From NCBI GenBank assembly GCA_973895155.1, contig OZ316895.1, forward strand, positions 24,933,730-24,997,729: a stretch of 64,000 nt of DNA, given 5' to 3'. Under the pieces are notes generated by a model. The model was not told the origin of the DNA. It was given only the letters and a program-made list of their open reading frames with translations, and did not search any database. Shown here in pieces: positions 53,540 through 64,000 of the stretch; position 1 is the stretch's first letter; each line of letters starts with the position of its first letter. Source of the DNA: Marsupella aquatica (Eukaryota > Plantae > Marchantiophyta). Both the position numbers and the translations under genes were made by a program.

Positions 53540-53997
53540 TTAGGGTTTAGGGAGTTCTGTGTTGAGTTGGGATTAGGAGGTTGAGAGTGTGGGGGGTTGA
53601 GGGAGTTGTGTGTTGGGGTTGGGATGGGGAGGTTGAGAGGAGTGTTTTGGGGGAGGTGTGTGTTGAGTTGGGATTAGGAGGTTGAGAGTGTGGGGGGGTT
53701 AGGGAGTTGTGTGTTGGGGTTGAGATAGAGAGGTTGAGAGGAGTGTTTTGGTGGAGGTGTGTGGGGTGGGGGGTTGAGGGAGTTGTGGGGTTGGGATGGG
53801 GAGGTTGAGAGGAGTGTTTTTGGGGGAGGTGTGTGTTGAGTTGGGTTTAGGAGGTTGAGAGTGTGGGGGGTTGAGGGAGTTGTGTGTTGGGGTTGGGATG
53901 GGGAGGTTGAGAGGAGTGTTTTGGGGGGTGGGGGGTTGAGGGAGTTGTGTGTTGGAGATGGGTTGGGGAAGTTGAGGGAGTTGTGGGGCTGGGATGC
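53539..53997 (+). repeat. (TTTAGGG)2 followed by a G/T-rich higher-order array (G4-prone)
   Basis: TTTAGGGTTTAGGG at 53539-53552, then recurring GGGGGTTGAGGGAGTTGTGTGTTGGGGTTGGGATGGGGAGGTTGAGAG blocks. The reverse complement shares motifs with 14468-15924. Confidence 0.93.
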
Positions 53998-56900
53998 TGT
54001 ATATATCTTCTCTGCACAGCGCGTGCAATGAGGCCGGTCTTCAGGCCATTTCAGGGTATTTAGGGACCGCGGTGCATGGTCTCCTACATGCAGTGCACGG
54101 TCTCAACATTTCATTATTTGGACTCCCACAACATTATTATCAAAACCTTTAAACTCCACTAGTATTGATTAGGGTGACTTACGGGTGGTTGCCGTAGGCT
54201 CCCATAACATTATTTTTTAAGTGTTCATACACCACTAGCATTCATTGTGACTCACTTGTAGTCCCGCACTCCCATAACATTTCCAATAAATGTCTTTTGC
54301 AGCTATAACATTCATGTTGAAACCATTGGACTCCGTTAGCATCAAAAGTGTCACCATTCAATTTGGGTTCGTGAGAAATACAAAGGAAACAAAGCTTGGT
54401 CAATGCTTCTAGAATTCTTGTACCAGCCTTCAATCTGGTTCCTTAATGTGCTCGTCACCTTCAAATTCCCTTCTGCATTATTGTTGGGTCGGTATTTTGG
54501 TCGGGAAGCATTGGCCTTCGAGAATTCCTGTCGCTGGCCTTCAATCTGGTCCTGACTGTGCTCGCCACCTCCAAATTCCCTTCAATCTGCATCTTGAATC
54601 TTGCATCGCTTGGATGGCGTACTGACATCGTCAATAATTGCAGCAAGTGATGGATTAGAGTCATTCACTGTCGGATGCAGTCTTCGAGCGAAGGCATTTC
54701 CGAATGGTTGCATTTTTTATGCTTACTGGTGGCAGTGGCGTGGCATGGTTTCAGGCTGAGTGTGCAGTGATGGAGCTTCTCTTCTGTACAACATCCATGG
54801 TTGCGGTATCCATGCCTTGCTACTCACCTCCATCTGTGTTGCAACTCCATTCAGACACTCCTAGGACCCAAATCGCCTTCACTGTCCAACCCACCATACA
54901 ACACTCTTATGTAAAGGCTGTGTCTCACATGCGATACATGGTATGTCTCCAAGTTTCAGCATATGGACTCCCACAACATTTCCGGTTAAAGTGGAGGCTC
55001 CCATAACATTTCCGGTTAAACCGTAGACTCCCATAGCTTTCATGTTGAAACCTTTAAACTCCGTTAGCATCAAATGTGTCACCATTCAATTTTGGACGTG
55101 GGAAATGAGATACAAAATTTTGGACGTGGGAAATGCCCATGTGCTCAGATGGGTATGTATGTTTCAAATTACAGTATTTTGAAGGTTGGGGGTTACGAGG
55201 GATGGGGTATTCCAAAACGCACAGCCACCATGTGTTGGGGTAATGCAAGTGCCAATGTGCTCCGAAGGGTATGTATGTATCAAATTACAGTATTTTGAAG
55301 GTTGGGGGTATGAGGGATGGGGTATTCTAAAATGCACAGCCACCATGGGCTGGGGTAATGCAAATTAATGCCCATGTGCTCTGAAGGGTATTAATAGGAT
55401 AATGTCCTGGTTAGAGGGCATTGTGGGATATAATGCCCGTAACTAGGACATTTAATGTACGTAAAAACTTGAGTGACTTTTTGGTAACAAACAAGAAAAA
55501 GTGAATCCCTGAAATAGAAAATTCAAATTAAAGGGTCATCCAAGAAGTGGTTGCTATGGAATTGGCCAAAAATATACCTTCTTTAGTTATATTAGATTCT
55601 ATTCATAGATATTGTGTTAGTATCAGGTAGGTGTTTTGTATAATCCCCTCCTCAAAAAAAGGGGTGCATTATGGAGAATTAATGCACTCAAATATACAAA
55701 GAGAAAAGCCACGAAAGTCTTTACGTATCAAAATTACAGTATTGAAGGTGAAGGGGGGTACGTGGGATGGGGGTATTCTATAACGCACAGCCACAGTTGA
55801 AGCCACTTTGATAAGTGATTACTCAGTTGAACAATAGGAGAGCAATGCTGCTCTAAGTGGAATGTCTTATTTTGTTTACGAGTGGAATGTCTTGTTTTGT
55901 GGACTACCGTAAACAGACATGTTCATTAATGAAGAAATGCGGTGCTGGTCAGACTGTCCTCACTGTTGTTTTTATAAAGTGGGATGAGAAGCTATTGACA
56001 AACCACATCATCACTGACCACACACACTCTTACTGTATAATAATCAGAAGTACTCACTGTACTGTCCAGTAGTCTGCGTTTTTGGATTAGTTGTGATGAT
56101 TTCTGTTCAGTCTGCTACTATAAGGAGGTTGAATGGGCAACCTTCCAGTATGGGTGAAGGTTTTTTCGGGAACAAACAGGCACAGCAGGGTAGTATGGTT
56201 GAATTGCCTAATCTATCTTGTTGTGGGCATTGTATTGCACCTCGCGCTAACCCTTGGTACACTCTTAATCTTAAAAGGTGTTCATCTGTAAAGGCCAAGT
56301 ATTCTGATAAACCCACACAACACTATTGAAAGAAAAGGAACAAGGTTTAGGGTTTAGAGTATTCTGAGAAAACCACACACTGTTGACACTGTTTACATGA
56401 TAAATGGCCATTGTCAGTAAGAGATACAAAAGTTGAGGTCATGTAATGCGGTATTATGGTTCATATTATTTAGGAAATTGGGCCATATACGTGGATATCA
56501 TGCACAAGCTAGGGTAATCTAATAATCGAGTAATGTACAACTAAGGTTAATGTTAGGAATACATCCGAACCTCGGGGTAATCCAATCACAAAGCAATGTA
56601 CTAGACAAGTTAATCTTAGGATATTGTGCCATACACACGGATACGAAAGTTGGGGTAATCTTATCCATCAATAAATATACATTAATTAATGTTTAGGATT
56701 TGTGCCATACACATGAATACAAAAGCCGGGGTAATCTTATAATCAATAAAGTACTAGTAAGGTTAATGTTTGGAAATTGGCCACACCCATGGATACAAAG
56801 CTGGGGTAATCCTACACATAGATACGAAGCAAATGCCGGGGTAATCTAATAATCATAATTAAAGTACAAATGAATGTATTAAGGAATGTACTAAGCTGGG

Positions 56901-59900
56901 CTGTAAAAATGTGGGGTTTTACATACATGGACACAAGACTATAAACGTGACGAAATGATGTAATCATGCAGGTCAGGTAAAGTAGGAAGATTGTTTGTTA
57001 CACCAACAGTCTTCGGCCACAAATGAGTTTTCGGCCACAAATGAGGTGTTGTACAACACATTTGTTATGTCATACAGCCATCCATTTGAGTAGTGTTTTT
57101 TTATCTAGATGTAAGTGTCCAGTGTGAGGGAAAATTGGCAGGTCATGTGGGACTGGGGAAAATAAATTTTGATTTGTGTGAAGTGCGGCTCACACGTCGC
57201 TTCTAGGTTCTGAAAATCTAGGGTTGATGGTAAAAATGAAAATGTATAATCTGAGTATGAAATAGATACGGAGGTGTCGAGGAGTAAAACTAGACCAGAC
57301 CAGAATGGGGCAGGGGGAGTTTAGGGTCCATTTATATTGAATGTAATGAGAGAATTGTTTACTAGAATAAATGGTACCCCATATTTAAATAACGTGTCTA
57401 TTGATCGATACCCAGGAAAGAAAATACCGTCCTATCTTCTTTGCACTTCAACCGATGCACAATGCTTGCCTTTCTAGAGAACAAGGTAGCCAAAACAAAT
57501 TCACCGAAGAGAATAGATAGTTCAAAACTCCTGACTCTAATTTACAAATACTACAAAAAAACATTTGACTCTTACCTGAAGTTTTCCTATCGTCTAAAAT
57601 CTTAAAGTTTCCCTTTCCTGAAGCTCAAATTGTTTTTCCTTCCCTGCCCTTCCTCAAGTTTTTTTCCCTAGCGCCTGAAGCTGGAGTTTTTTTTTCCTTC
57701 CCCCCTGACGGTGAAGTTTTTTTTTCTTCCTGGAAAAAGCTGAATTTTTTTTTGCTTGCTTTGGTTTTTGCTGTTTTTCTTCTCCCCCACTTTCACATTA
57801 TGTAGGTTTGTACATCATGTGCGAAAAAAACTAGGATACAATGTATGGATTTGATGAAAAAAATCACCTCTGGTTTAGGGAACCAATATAGAGCAGGTAA
57901 ATTCAGGCATGTACTTTGGCTGGTATTTGTCCCTGCAATACCCAAAATGCTGGTCCGGTGAGGTTTAGGGTCTTTTCAGTACGTTTGGAGTCCTTCTACC
58001 GGCGCAGGGCGCCTTCATGGGGTCCCTGCCCGCTTTGTTGCTTGCTATGACTAATAAAAGTACCCTCATTAATAAGAGTACCCTCATGGACAAGGCCCAA
58101 CACAAGGATACCCTTAGGAGATAAGAGTACCCTCACTGATAAGGGTACCCTCATTATCAAAGTACCATTGTTGATAAGTGTACCCTCATTGATACTTAAG
58201 AGTACCCTCATACGCAAGGGTACCCTCAGGAGATAAGAGTACCCTCATTGATAAGGGTACCCTCACTGATCAAAGTACCATTGTTGATAAGCGTACCCAT
58301 TGATAAGAGTACCCTCGCTGATAAGAGTCCCTCGCTGATAAGAGTACCCTCGTTGATAAGAGTACCCTCAAGCACAAGGGTACCCTCAGGAGATAAGAGT
58401 ACCCTCATTGATAAGGGTACCCTCATTGATCTAATTAAGTACCATCGTTGATAAATGTACCACATTGATAAGAGTACCCTCACTGATAAGAGTACCCTCA
58501 TGCACAAGGGTACCCTCAGGAGATAAAAGTACCCTCATTCACATGGGGAGCAATGAAAATAGGGATAATTGTAACCACGTCCAAAAGGTGAGATCTGTGA
58601 TCATAGCCATTCAAAAATACTGTCCTTCAAAACCTTGAGGACTTTAGTTTAAGAACTTTTCTAACAAACAGTTCAAGAATGTTTTTATAACAAAGAATCC
58701 AATAAAGTGTAAACTTTAATTTTATGGTGTTCAATTTTTTTAGATTTTCCCACACTATAGCAAACAAATCCACTGAATTTGTTTATTCTAATTCCAATTC
58801 AGTAAATATTACAATTCCGGTCAAATAGTACACGAACCATTTCAGATCTGAGTACCGAAATGCCGTAAGTTGTAATTTTTATCATTAGATTTATGAATAA
58901 TTCAACATGTAGGTGGGGAGAAAGGGGGAATTTTGATGTTGAGGTACTCACCTTCATAAATCTACTATTGATTTGTCCCAAGGAGTGTACAGTTCTTTCC
59001 TTGGTCTCGCCTCAATATTTGTACAATGTTGGCATGAATGACACTGCACAGAACACTAAAAGGATTTAGTGTCTTGAGGATGACCAAAAACAATGACAAG
59101 AAACCTGAAACTGAAACTCATTTGTCCAAGTGCATGTAGAGCTTCATATCATTGGCAACAATAGTGCTTGAAGCCAACTTACTTTTGAATGACGTGTAAG
59201 GCAATATCTTGTGAAAGAGGGCCGATAGCTTCCCAACTACTAAAGGAAGTAGATTTTGCACTCACAAAGTCATCCCAACAACCAGATCCCCTTGTGCAAT
59301 CTGAGAAACGTGGAGTATTCAATAAAAAGTTCAAAGCAAAATGTAATAAAACCATCATAAACTCAATATAATGAAATGTAACCATGTCCTTTGTGATAAA
59401 TTCTGCAAACCCTTCTGCTTTTTAAATATCTACTAATTAAAAGGAAAAGGATAATACACCAGAATTTACTTCAAAACTCACTGTCAATCATGTTCTCCGA
59501 ACAATAAGAATGATAGGGAGGGAAAATGTCAACCTGGGCATACGCCCAAGTCAGGGTGTGAAGCTTAATTTTCAGGATCCTGGAATTGTGGCCGGAGAGA
59601 GGCAGCTTGCAGCAACAAGTGCTTCAGGCTTCTTCCTCATCAGCATAGCCAACACCACTAGGAGACCAACCTAGAGCAAGTACAGGTCGAGCTCCCTCCT
59701 TGTTTGTGTAGTTCAATGTTCTGACCATGTTCAATGTGCTGCATTCCCTTGGGTTTGGATGATCTTCCCTTGGCAGAAATGAGTCACATTCCAGAGTTAC
59801 TCCATGCATAATGATTATTCACCTGCCCCTGGGGTTGGATGATCTTTGTGTGGGATAAATGCCCGGTTTGAGTTAACGGGCAAGTTTACGTGTTGCCCTA

Positions 59901-61342
59901 CGGGGTGTGGTTGGGACCGGGTGGGGTTGGGATAGGGTTGGGATGAGGTTGGGACGGTGTCAGGATAGGGGCGGGATGACCAGGTGTGACGGATGACAAA
60001 TCAAGGCCAAACCAGGCATAAATGAATCACACTTCAGAGTTACTCAAGGCAAAATGATTATTCTTCTGCCGCCAATCTGAATTGACTACTTGTAGCCTGG
60101 TGGAATCAGTGGATACTCATTACTTGGCGAGAGGTTGCACCATAAAGATTGTTATGGTTAGGAATCAAATAATAGTTGAGTGTTCATTAAGTGTTTATAA
60201 TACCTTGAAAGGGTTTAACAGTTTAATGATTAGATGCATGGGACCCGGATGGGATCCCATATGAGCTTACACTTTGAATCGTTCAACAATCTGAACCATA
60301 AAATGTACAAGGGTAAATTTATAAGAAGGTAATGGCATTGTGACTTTTTTCATCAAAGCAAGCTGGAGTGCCAGTTCCTTGTTATTAGGATATATCTAGA
60401 TCCAGACTAGCTCCAGAGTACCAAAATCTCTGCACTTTTGGGGCACTCTGTTGTGCTATGCATTTGAGGGAGTATTCATATCTATAACTAGACCAATGCC
60501 CGTGCGTTGAACAAAAGATGTTGACATGAGAAAACATACCAAGGAGAGAGAAAGAGTAAAAGTGAGGAAAAGATATCAAAGTGAGAAAACTAAGTGAATA
60601 GTTTAGCTACTCATTTGCTAAACTAACAACAATAAGTTCAGCAGTTAATTGGCAAGGGAGTCCACCCTACAATTTAGCTGGTTGCAGTCAAACTGGAGTT
60701 TGGACTTTGAATGCCATAAACTTACATTCCACCATGGGTGAGTGCAATGTGTGTATTTAGGCAAAGCTCAGATAATTGAAGGGAATGGGCTTACTCCCCT
60801 CTTTTATAGGGGGAGTGACACTTATTTCACTGACAGTTTACATAAGACTGCAAGATGGGCATCACTAGAAGAAATTAATAAGAAATCATTAGTAAACCCT
60901 AAACCCTAAACTTTCTACAGTAGTTGATTCTAAGTGTGTTAATTTATATATATAGTGCACGTTGCACATATTGGTGAGAGGCAGCCAGGGGTGAAGTCTC
61001 AATGTGTGATCACATGTAGGGTCTGTTGAGGGGAATCTAACATTTAGGATACTTAGACCAGTACTGTCAAAGAACTCACACTCCCCTGCTGTAAATTAAG
61101 CCGACATTGCTCCAAAGCAGAGACAAACTTTCTAAGTTCATTGATCTACAAAACTCTCCCCACATTGAGACCTTACTAAAATAGAAAACGAGGAAGAAGT
61201 ACATTTAAGAAAACTAAGGACCAATTTCCTGAAAAAGGCCAAACAAAGTACAATGGAGTAAAGCAAATTATAGAGATAAACTAAACCCTAAACCCTAAAC
61301 TTTACCCTCAGCTTAAGTGATTTAGAAAGGAAATGCAAACAC
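53998..61342 (+). repeat. Long direct repeat, copy 2 (7345 bp)
   Basis: See copy 1. The indels seen (-1, -1, +5, -35, +1, +1, -4) sum to the 34-bp length difference. Confidence 0.97.
58053..58539. repeat. ~18-bp minisatellite, copy within long repeat 2
   Basis: Near-identical to 10444-10930. Confidence 0.92.
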
Positions 61343-61673
61343 AGCAAAGGTTAATTAAATCAATTATTTTGAGCTCAATTTATTAATTGTTATCAGTAAC
61401 AAAATGATGAAAAATAACTGCAAGAAAGAAGCAACAATGGGTACTAGATAGAGGACAAGGTTCACATGTGGTCCCAATAGGTTTTTGCCCACAGGCAGGT
61501 CCCATTTGTTTAATATGTTCCGTTAGCTTACATACATCTAATGAGGGTCCAAATGGAAATGAATCACTCTACCAAAGAACAAAATGAGCCAAATCTGTGG
61601 ATGAGACCCAATAAAGGGGAGAAGGGACAGGATCCCAATTACATGACCCCCCAAAACGGGGAGAAGCTGATAC

Positions 61674-61930
61674 AGGATCTCAACTAAATGAGACACACAA
61701 GAGGGGAGAAGAGACAGAGGATCTCAACTAAATGAGACACACAAAAGGGGAGAAAACCAGAGAAATACCATTTGAAGACCAAAGACTGAGCCAACATTCC
61801 TGAGTTCCGAATAACTACAAAGATTCAGAAATTATGCTAACCTAGGTATTATCACTATCGAAAATTCCTGATCAAGCCGCCAATAACTACAAAGAACTTA
61901 GAACATGCTAACCTAGGTATTATCACTATC
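61674..61930. repeat. Two short local duplications
   Basis: AGGATCTCAACTAAATGAGACACACAA.AGGGGAGAA twice, and AATAACTACAAAG..ATGCTAACCTAGGTATTATCACTATC twice. Confidence 0.8.
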
Positions 61931-63654
61931 TAAAGTAGAGACTAGATTTTCTGCGAGCAACAAGACCATTCATATCTTCTAGAGACTAAAGTGACCAAAC
62001 ACTGTCTAAATGCTCAAGCAACAGCATGTAACATCCGTATCTTGTAGCTGTCCAACTATGTACTAGTAGTGCCCACTGCAAGGTCTCTAGCTCTGGATGA
62101 ATGCCTGGATTGAATGACAATCACTACCATGAAAGGTTTTGATATATAGCAGGCCAGTGACTCTGTTAATCGATCAAGCTCTTTGGCCAGGCATGTCAAG
62201 AAGTTGGAAGGACGGGCTCATTCCCACAGATCAAGATTCTATTCCTCTTTCAATTGTTGGGTTGTCGACAATCTTTAGAACTGCATTGAGTTGTCGTAGA
62301 GACCCTCATCCGTTCGCCCCAGTGAAGGGAAGGGATCAACGAGAACCGCACTCAACGCCCTCTTCTCCAATTGAAAGAAGGATCTCCTTCTATGGATGTC
62401 CCCCCAGGAGATCCCGAGGTGCACACTCAAGGGGCTATGATGTCTGGCCTTCTCTTACAATTGTTATACCAAATTCCTGGAGGTACTGCTCGGCAGGTCG
62501 TTGCACAGTGGAAATGGTTGCCAATGGAAACGAAGACTTGCGTAGATGCTAAGAGTTATGTAGATGCTAAGAGTTGGGTACATGCTAAGAGATGTGTAGA
62601 TGCTCTTGTTAAGATTAACAAGGAGATCACGGTATTGTGGGAAGTAAAGGCAATAGCCCCGCAGTTACAGACGAACTTGGACACGTAATTGATTTTGTAG
62701 TTAAACTTTGTTGAAAGTCTTTATAACAGAGCAATCACAAGTTCCACGCATGCGCGATTGTGAGGAACCAAGTCCAAGTTGCCGCGCGCGCGAAATGACA
62801 AAATTTTACGGGGAGCACAATGTGCACACAACGTAAACTCAAGACTCTATGAGTGCTTGGAGCAAGGTGGACAGGCTATGGGACGTGATCCAGATTTTTG
62901 ACCACCCTCTGCTGGGGAAGCTGCAGTGGCATTCGTTCTCTTGGAGAAGCTATAGCGGCGACCCTTTGGAGAAATCAGCTGGCAGTCTCGAACAGTCTAC
63001 AAGGCCCAATGTTAAGCTTTGATGGCGGCGAGGCAGTCTAATCACAAAACCTAAAAAGTTGTAGCAGGAAGTGGAGAAAAAAACAGGCGCAATGTGTACT
63101 ACTTAAAAAAGTTCCAAAAGTGGCGTTTTGGGTAGAATAGGGCGCTGCCCTCAGCCTTTTGGTCCCGATCCCCTAACAACTTTGTGGCGGGCTTCGGCTA
63201 ACAGGTTCATTATTGGTGTGGGAGTTCTACTCGACCAGCCACCAGAGGCCTTAGTGGACATAAACGCAGTAGCTAGTACAGTAGTTCACTTGACGTGACC
63301 AGTGAGGTGCAACAACCACTCGGTTGATTGAAGCATCAAAAGAATTGGCTGAAACGGCCACAATCTCATACAACATACATGGCAAGGTCTCTATGCCAAT
63401 TTCCCAGCCTTATCTAGGGACAGATTGAAGGCAGCTTCCGACCACGAAAGTCACAAAACTGCCTATGAGCCATCCGTACCTCTAAAGATCCGCCATATAT
63501 AGACCCTCTTCACAGCTTTATACAATCTTCCGACTACCGCAGCCACAATAGTGTGCTAGAATTCACTGTGAAGTACTGGATTGGCTCCACTCTAATTCGT
63601 GCCTTACTCGAGACATGAGAAACGGAAAAATTGACGCGTCTAGTTTTGTCTCAC

Positions 63655-63895
63655 CTTGTTTAAGTAAGCAATGTTGACAATCGGGTCGAGAAGGTACTGG
63701 AGGAATGCATCCAATGTGAAGGAGTGCTTTGCTTTCATCAATATCGTATTCTAGTGAGCCATCTGCTCATTGATGATCTTCTCGGCATCACCCAACCTCG
63801 GTTTCACCTTGCTCTGCGTTCAGAAACTCTTTAAACTTTGCCGGGACAATGACATCATTCTCTGCATACTTGTGCATGCGATCAAATCGCCTCTT
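63655..63895 (-). pseudogene. Second copy of the PI-PLC EF-hand exon fragment, with a 5-bp deletion
   Basis: Within 63399-63995, which matches 40910-41545. CCCAATGTAACCTCGG has become CCCAACCTCGG. Confidence 0.8.
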
Positions 63896-64000
63896 TGGTA
63901 ATTAAACCATTGTCCATCAATCTCTCCTCCTATACAAGCTCGGAGTATCCATCTCTATATATCCTGCCCACAGGACTCTAGGGGGAGGCACAACATAATC

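Overview
Repeat-rich eukaryotic DNA, very probably from a land plant and most likely a moss. This rests on plant-type NIP aquaporin, PLS-PPR E/E+, LRR-RLK, NADK2 and CXIP4 fragments, GT-AG introns and TTTAGGG repeats. Bases 1-6356 are nested, decayed LTR-retrotransposon sequence, including a Ty3/gypsy gag-protease-pol fragment. Two ~7.4 kb direct repeats (6357-13735 and 53998-61342, about 30 differences by eye) bracket a ~40 kb block. The first gene of that block is a ~1650-codon intronless fusion of zinc fingers, a tyrosine-recombinase-like domain with an R-K-R-H-Y catalytic set, and a RecQ helicase; it has one premature stop and resembles fungal telomere-linked helicases. The block also holds two divergent, AT-rich TET/JBP-like HxD...H dioxygenase genes and a mosaic of intron-containing, decayed host-gene fragments. 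Related C-rich (left) and G-rich (right) arrays cap it in telomere polarity, and TTTAGGG units sit at several rearrangement junctions. Best hypothesis: an undescribed giant, cargo-capturing tyrosine-recombinase/RecQ DNA element of plants that carries its own DNA-base-modifying enzymes. The boundaries and mobility are inferred, not shown, and all family assignments come from motif recognition by eye.
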